DNA of 64,000 bases, from positions 61,108,782 to 61,172,781 of the forward strand of contig NC_085842.1 in assembly GCF_035594765.1 (NCBI RefSeq), written 5' to 3'. Under the pieces are notes generated by a model. The model did not search any database, was not told the origin of the DNA, and worked only from the letters and a program-made list of their open reading frames with translations. The stretch comes from Anolis carolinensis (Eukaryota). The position numbers and the translations under genes are program-made. Positions 61,921 to 64,000 of this stretch are shown in pieces (the stretch's first letter is position 1; each line of letters starts with the position of its first letter).

Positions 61921-63209
61921 TAATATGCCAACAAATGAGATTTATGAAATATCCTGATGGACAATAAGCAAATCGGGGGTGCTGGCAATACCAATGTCTT
62001 GAGTGCCATTTTGGAAACATTAATTAATGATTTAATTAATCAGTGGATCGAATTTAATGTTATAGAAACCGAGACACATGGATGTAAATATGTAAATAAT
62101 GGAAACAGTAGTAATAGTAGAAGGAGGAGTAACTTAGTTTTCTTTGCATCTTGCCTCCATTTCCAACCAACAGAAATAGGACGTCTCCCTTCCCATTTAG
62201 TATTTACTGTAAGTCTGGGATTTAGGTCAGGGTGAGAATATCTAGCATAAGGGCACCCACTGAACTTCACATCTTAATGGGGGACTTGAATCTGAATTTC
62301 ACAAGTCCCAGTCCAGCACTAGTTACAGGAACAACTCCAAAAAAATAACAGAAAAAATAAATAAATTACTCTTCAAACAGGCTTAGGATGTGGACAAGGT
62401 GTATAGCTTTCTGAGAGTCATTGACTTCAACAAAGAACTCCTTCCACAGATCAACATCTTCTGAAAGCAGGTGTGATTCGGAGTTAACATAGTCATTAAA
62501 AGTTGACCAGTCCTCACTGAAAGAGTTTTTTGTGACTAGCAACTTCTAAAAGCCATATAATCAAAATATTTTTTCAAGGCCCATTAAAATGGGTTTCTGC
62601 TATTCAGTAATATTAGACAATAGACATCACAATGGATCATATCCTTATATGATTAATTGCAATGTGATAAAGGGTTTCATTTTTAACATACATGGGGTTT
62701 CTAAAATATTTATAAAGATCAATGTGGATCTGAGTGAGCTTGCATACCCAAGGTATATTGCTACAGAGCAGCAAAATGTACCTTTCACTCAACTTAAGAT
62801 GGAGAGTACCCAAAAACCTGCCAAGTTATTCTGGCACACTCATATGGGCTGCCAGGTCAATAGCATTATATTATCTGGGTTTTCAGATGCCAGACTGAGG
62901 ATTAGGAGTGGGATCTTGTAATGTCCCAGAGGCAGGGCAGGGCAGATGACAGAGGAAGCAACTATGATGCCACAAGAATTGGGCCCTGGCTATGTCATTA
63001 ATTATGACACATTAAGCATTAGCCACAAGTGTACAGGGTATACAATTAAAAGGAAAAATATCAACTCTAAGAAGTGCAAAACAAACACCCACCTTTAAAG
63101 GCAGTTCTGTTGCTTTGTGGTTTCTGCCCTTTGTTTTGGGAATCAGGAAACCAGGCCCTGAGACCTTGTAACCGTATGCCATAAATCATGATGCCAGTGC
63201 TTCACTCTC

Positions 63210-63345
63210 TGTTGTTGTTTATTCATTCAGTCGCTTCCGACTCTTATGACCTCATGGACCAGTCCACGCCAGAGCTCCCTATCAGTGGTCACCACCCCCA
63301 GCTCCTTCAAGGTCAAACCAGTCACTTCAAGGATACCATCCATCA
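63210..63345 (-). mobile_element. BovB-related RTE LINE 3' end
   Basis: MDGILEVTGLTLKELGVVTTDRELWRGLVHEV; (CAA)n tail. Confidence 0.85.
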
Positions 63346-64000
63346 CTCTCTGCCTTTCTCTAAATAATATGATGGTCCCAAGGACCTGCACCACCATCTC
63401 TCCCTCTTTTTCCCTCCCTTTCACTTTCTCTCTCTCTTTTTGTCTCCCTATCCCCTTCTTTTGTTCCCCAACCAGCCAACGTGGTGAAAGGCTTGTGCAG
63501 GATGGGGAGGTATCAGTATCATAGTCCAGAGGCAACCATCTTTTCTTTTGAAAAATCTGAGCATGTCTTAAAGAAGGATGTGCCAATCAAATGCCATGAA
63601 TGGTCCTTTTGTACTGAAATATTCCCTGTAAGTCTTCTAGATTTTACGGTTAATAAATTGTGCATTATTAGTGTCATTCTCTTGCAAATCTATTGGGGCT
63701 CCCTGGAAGGAAAGAGAAAGGGGAATGCCTGTGTTCAAGACTGGTTCTCCTGATACCTTCTCTTTTCTCTTTTGGGTTACATGCTTCCGTCAAGAATGCT
63801 ACAGCTGTGGATTTGTTTTTCCTCCTCTAAGATATTGCTATATGTTTAATCCAAGCAAACAGGTTACTTGAGAACAAAGTGAACTGAAAAGGGGGCAAGG
63901 TTAATGATTACTCTGACCCTTTGGTGTATTATGTAAGCTGAAGCCTTGATGTTTTATAAGGTTGCACATTCCAATAGTTGACAGAAGTACACTTGTTTTA

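Overview
Vertebrate genomic DNA, almost certainly squamate and probably green anole (inferred from the repeat landscape: Sauria SINE, young CR1, Penelope-like elements, SPIN, many hAT/Mariner/Harbinger-type MITEs). One host gene is present: KLF15 on the + strand. It has a CpG-island promoter and non-coding exon 1 (~29.05-29.52 kb), coding exons at 42982-44024 and 58516-58684 (403 aa, three C2H2 fingers), and a ~3.2 kb 3'UTR ending near 61.9 kb. The rest is intergenic or intronic and dense with transposable elements, including a ~3.8 kb CR1 LINE with few lesions, a solo LTR in a triple nest, and a TE pile-up just upstream of the promoter. The most structured signal is a set of seven Penelope-like insertions. 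They show minimal hammerhead ribozyme motifs, 11-13 bp TSDs, inverted arms and a two-endpoint pattern (with or without a ~30 nt tail). Also notable are a near-perfect 158 bp palindrome just inside KLF15 intron 1 and a composite hAT element carrying pieces of three other TEs. I found no convincing wholly new system; most findings are locus-specific instances of known phenomena. All family assignments are from recognition, not from database searches.
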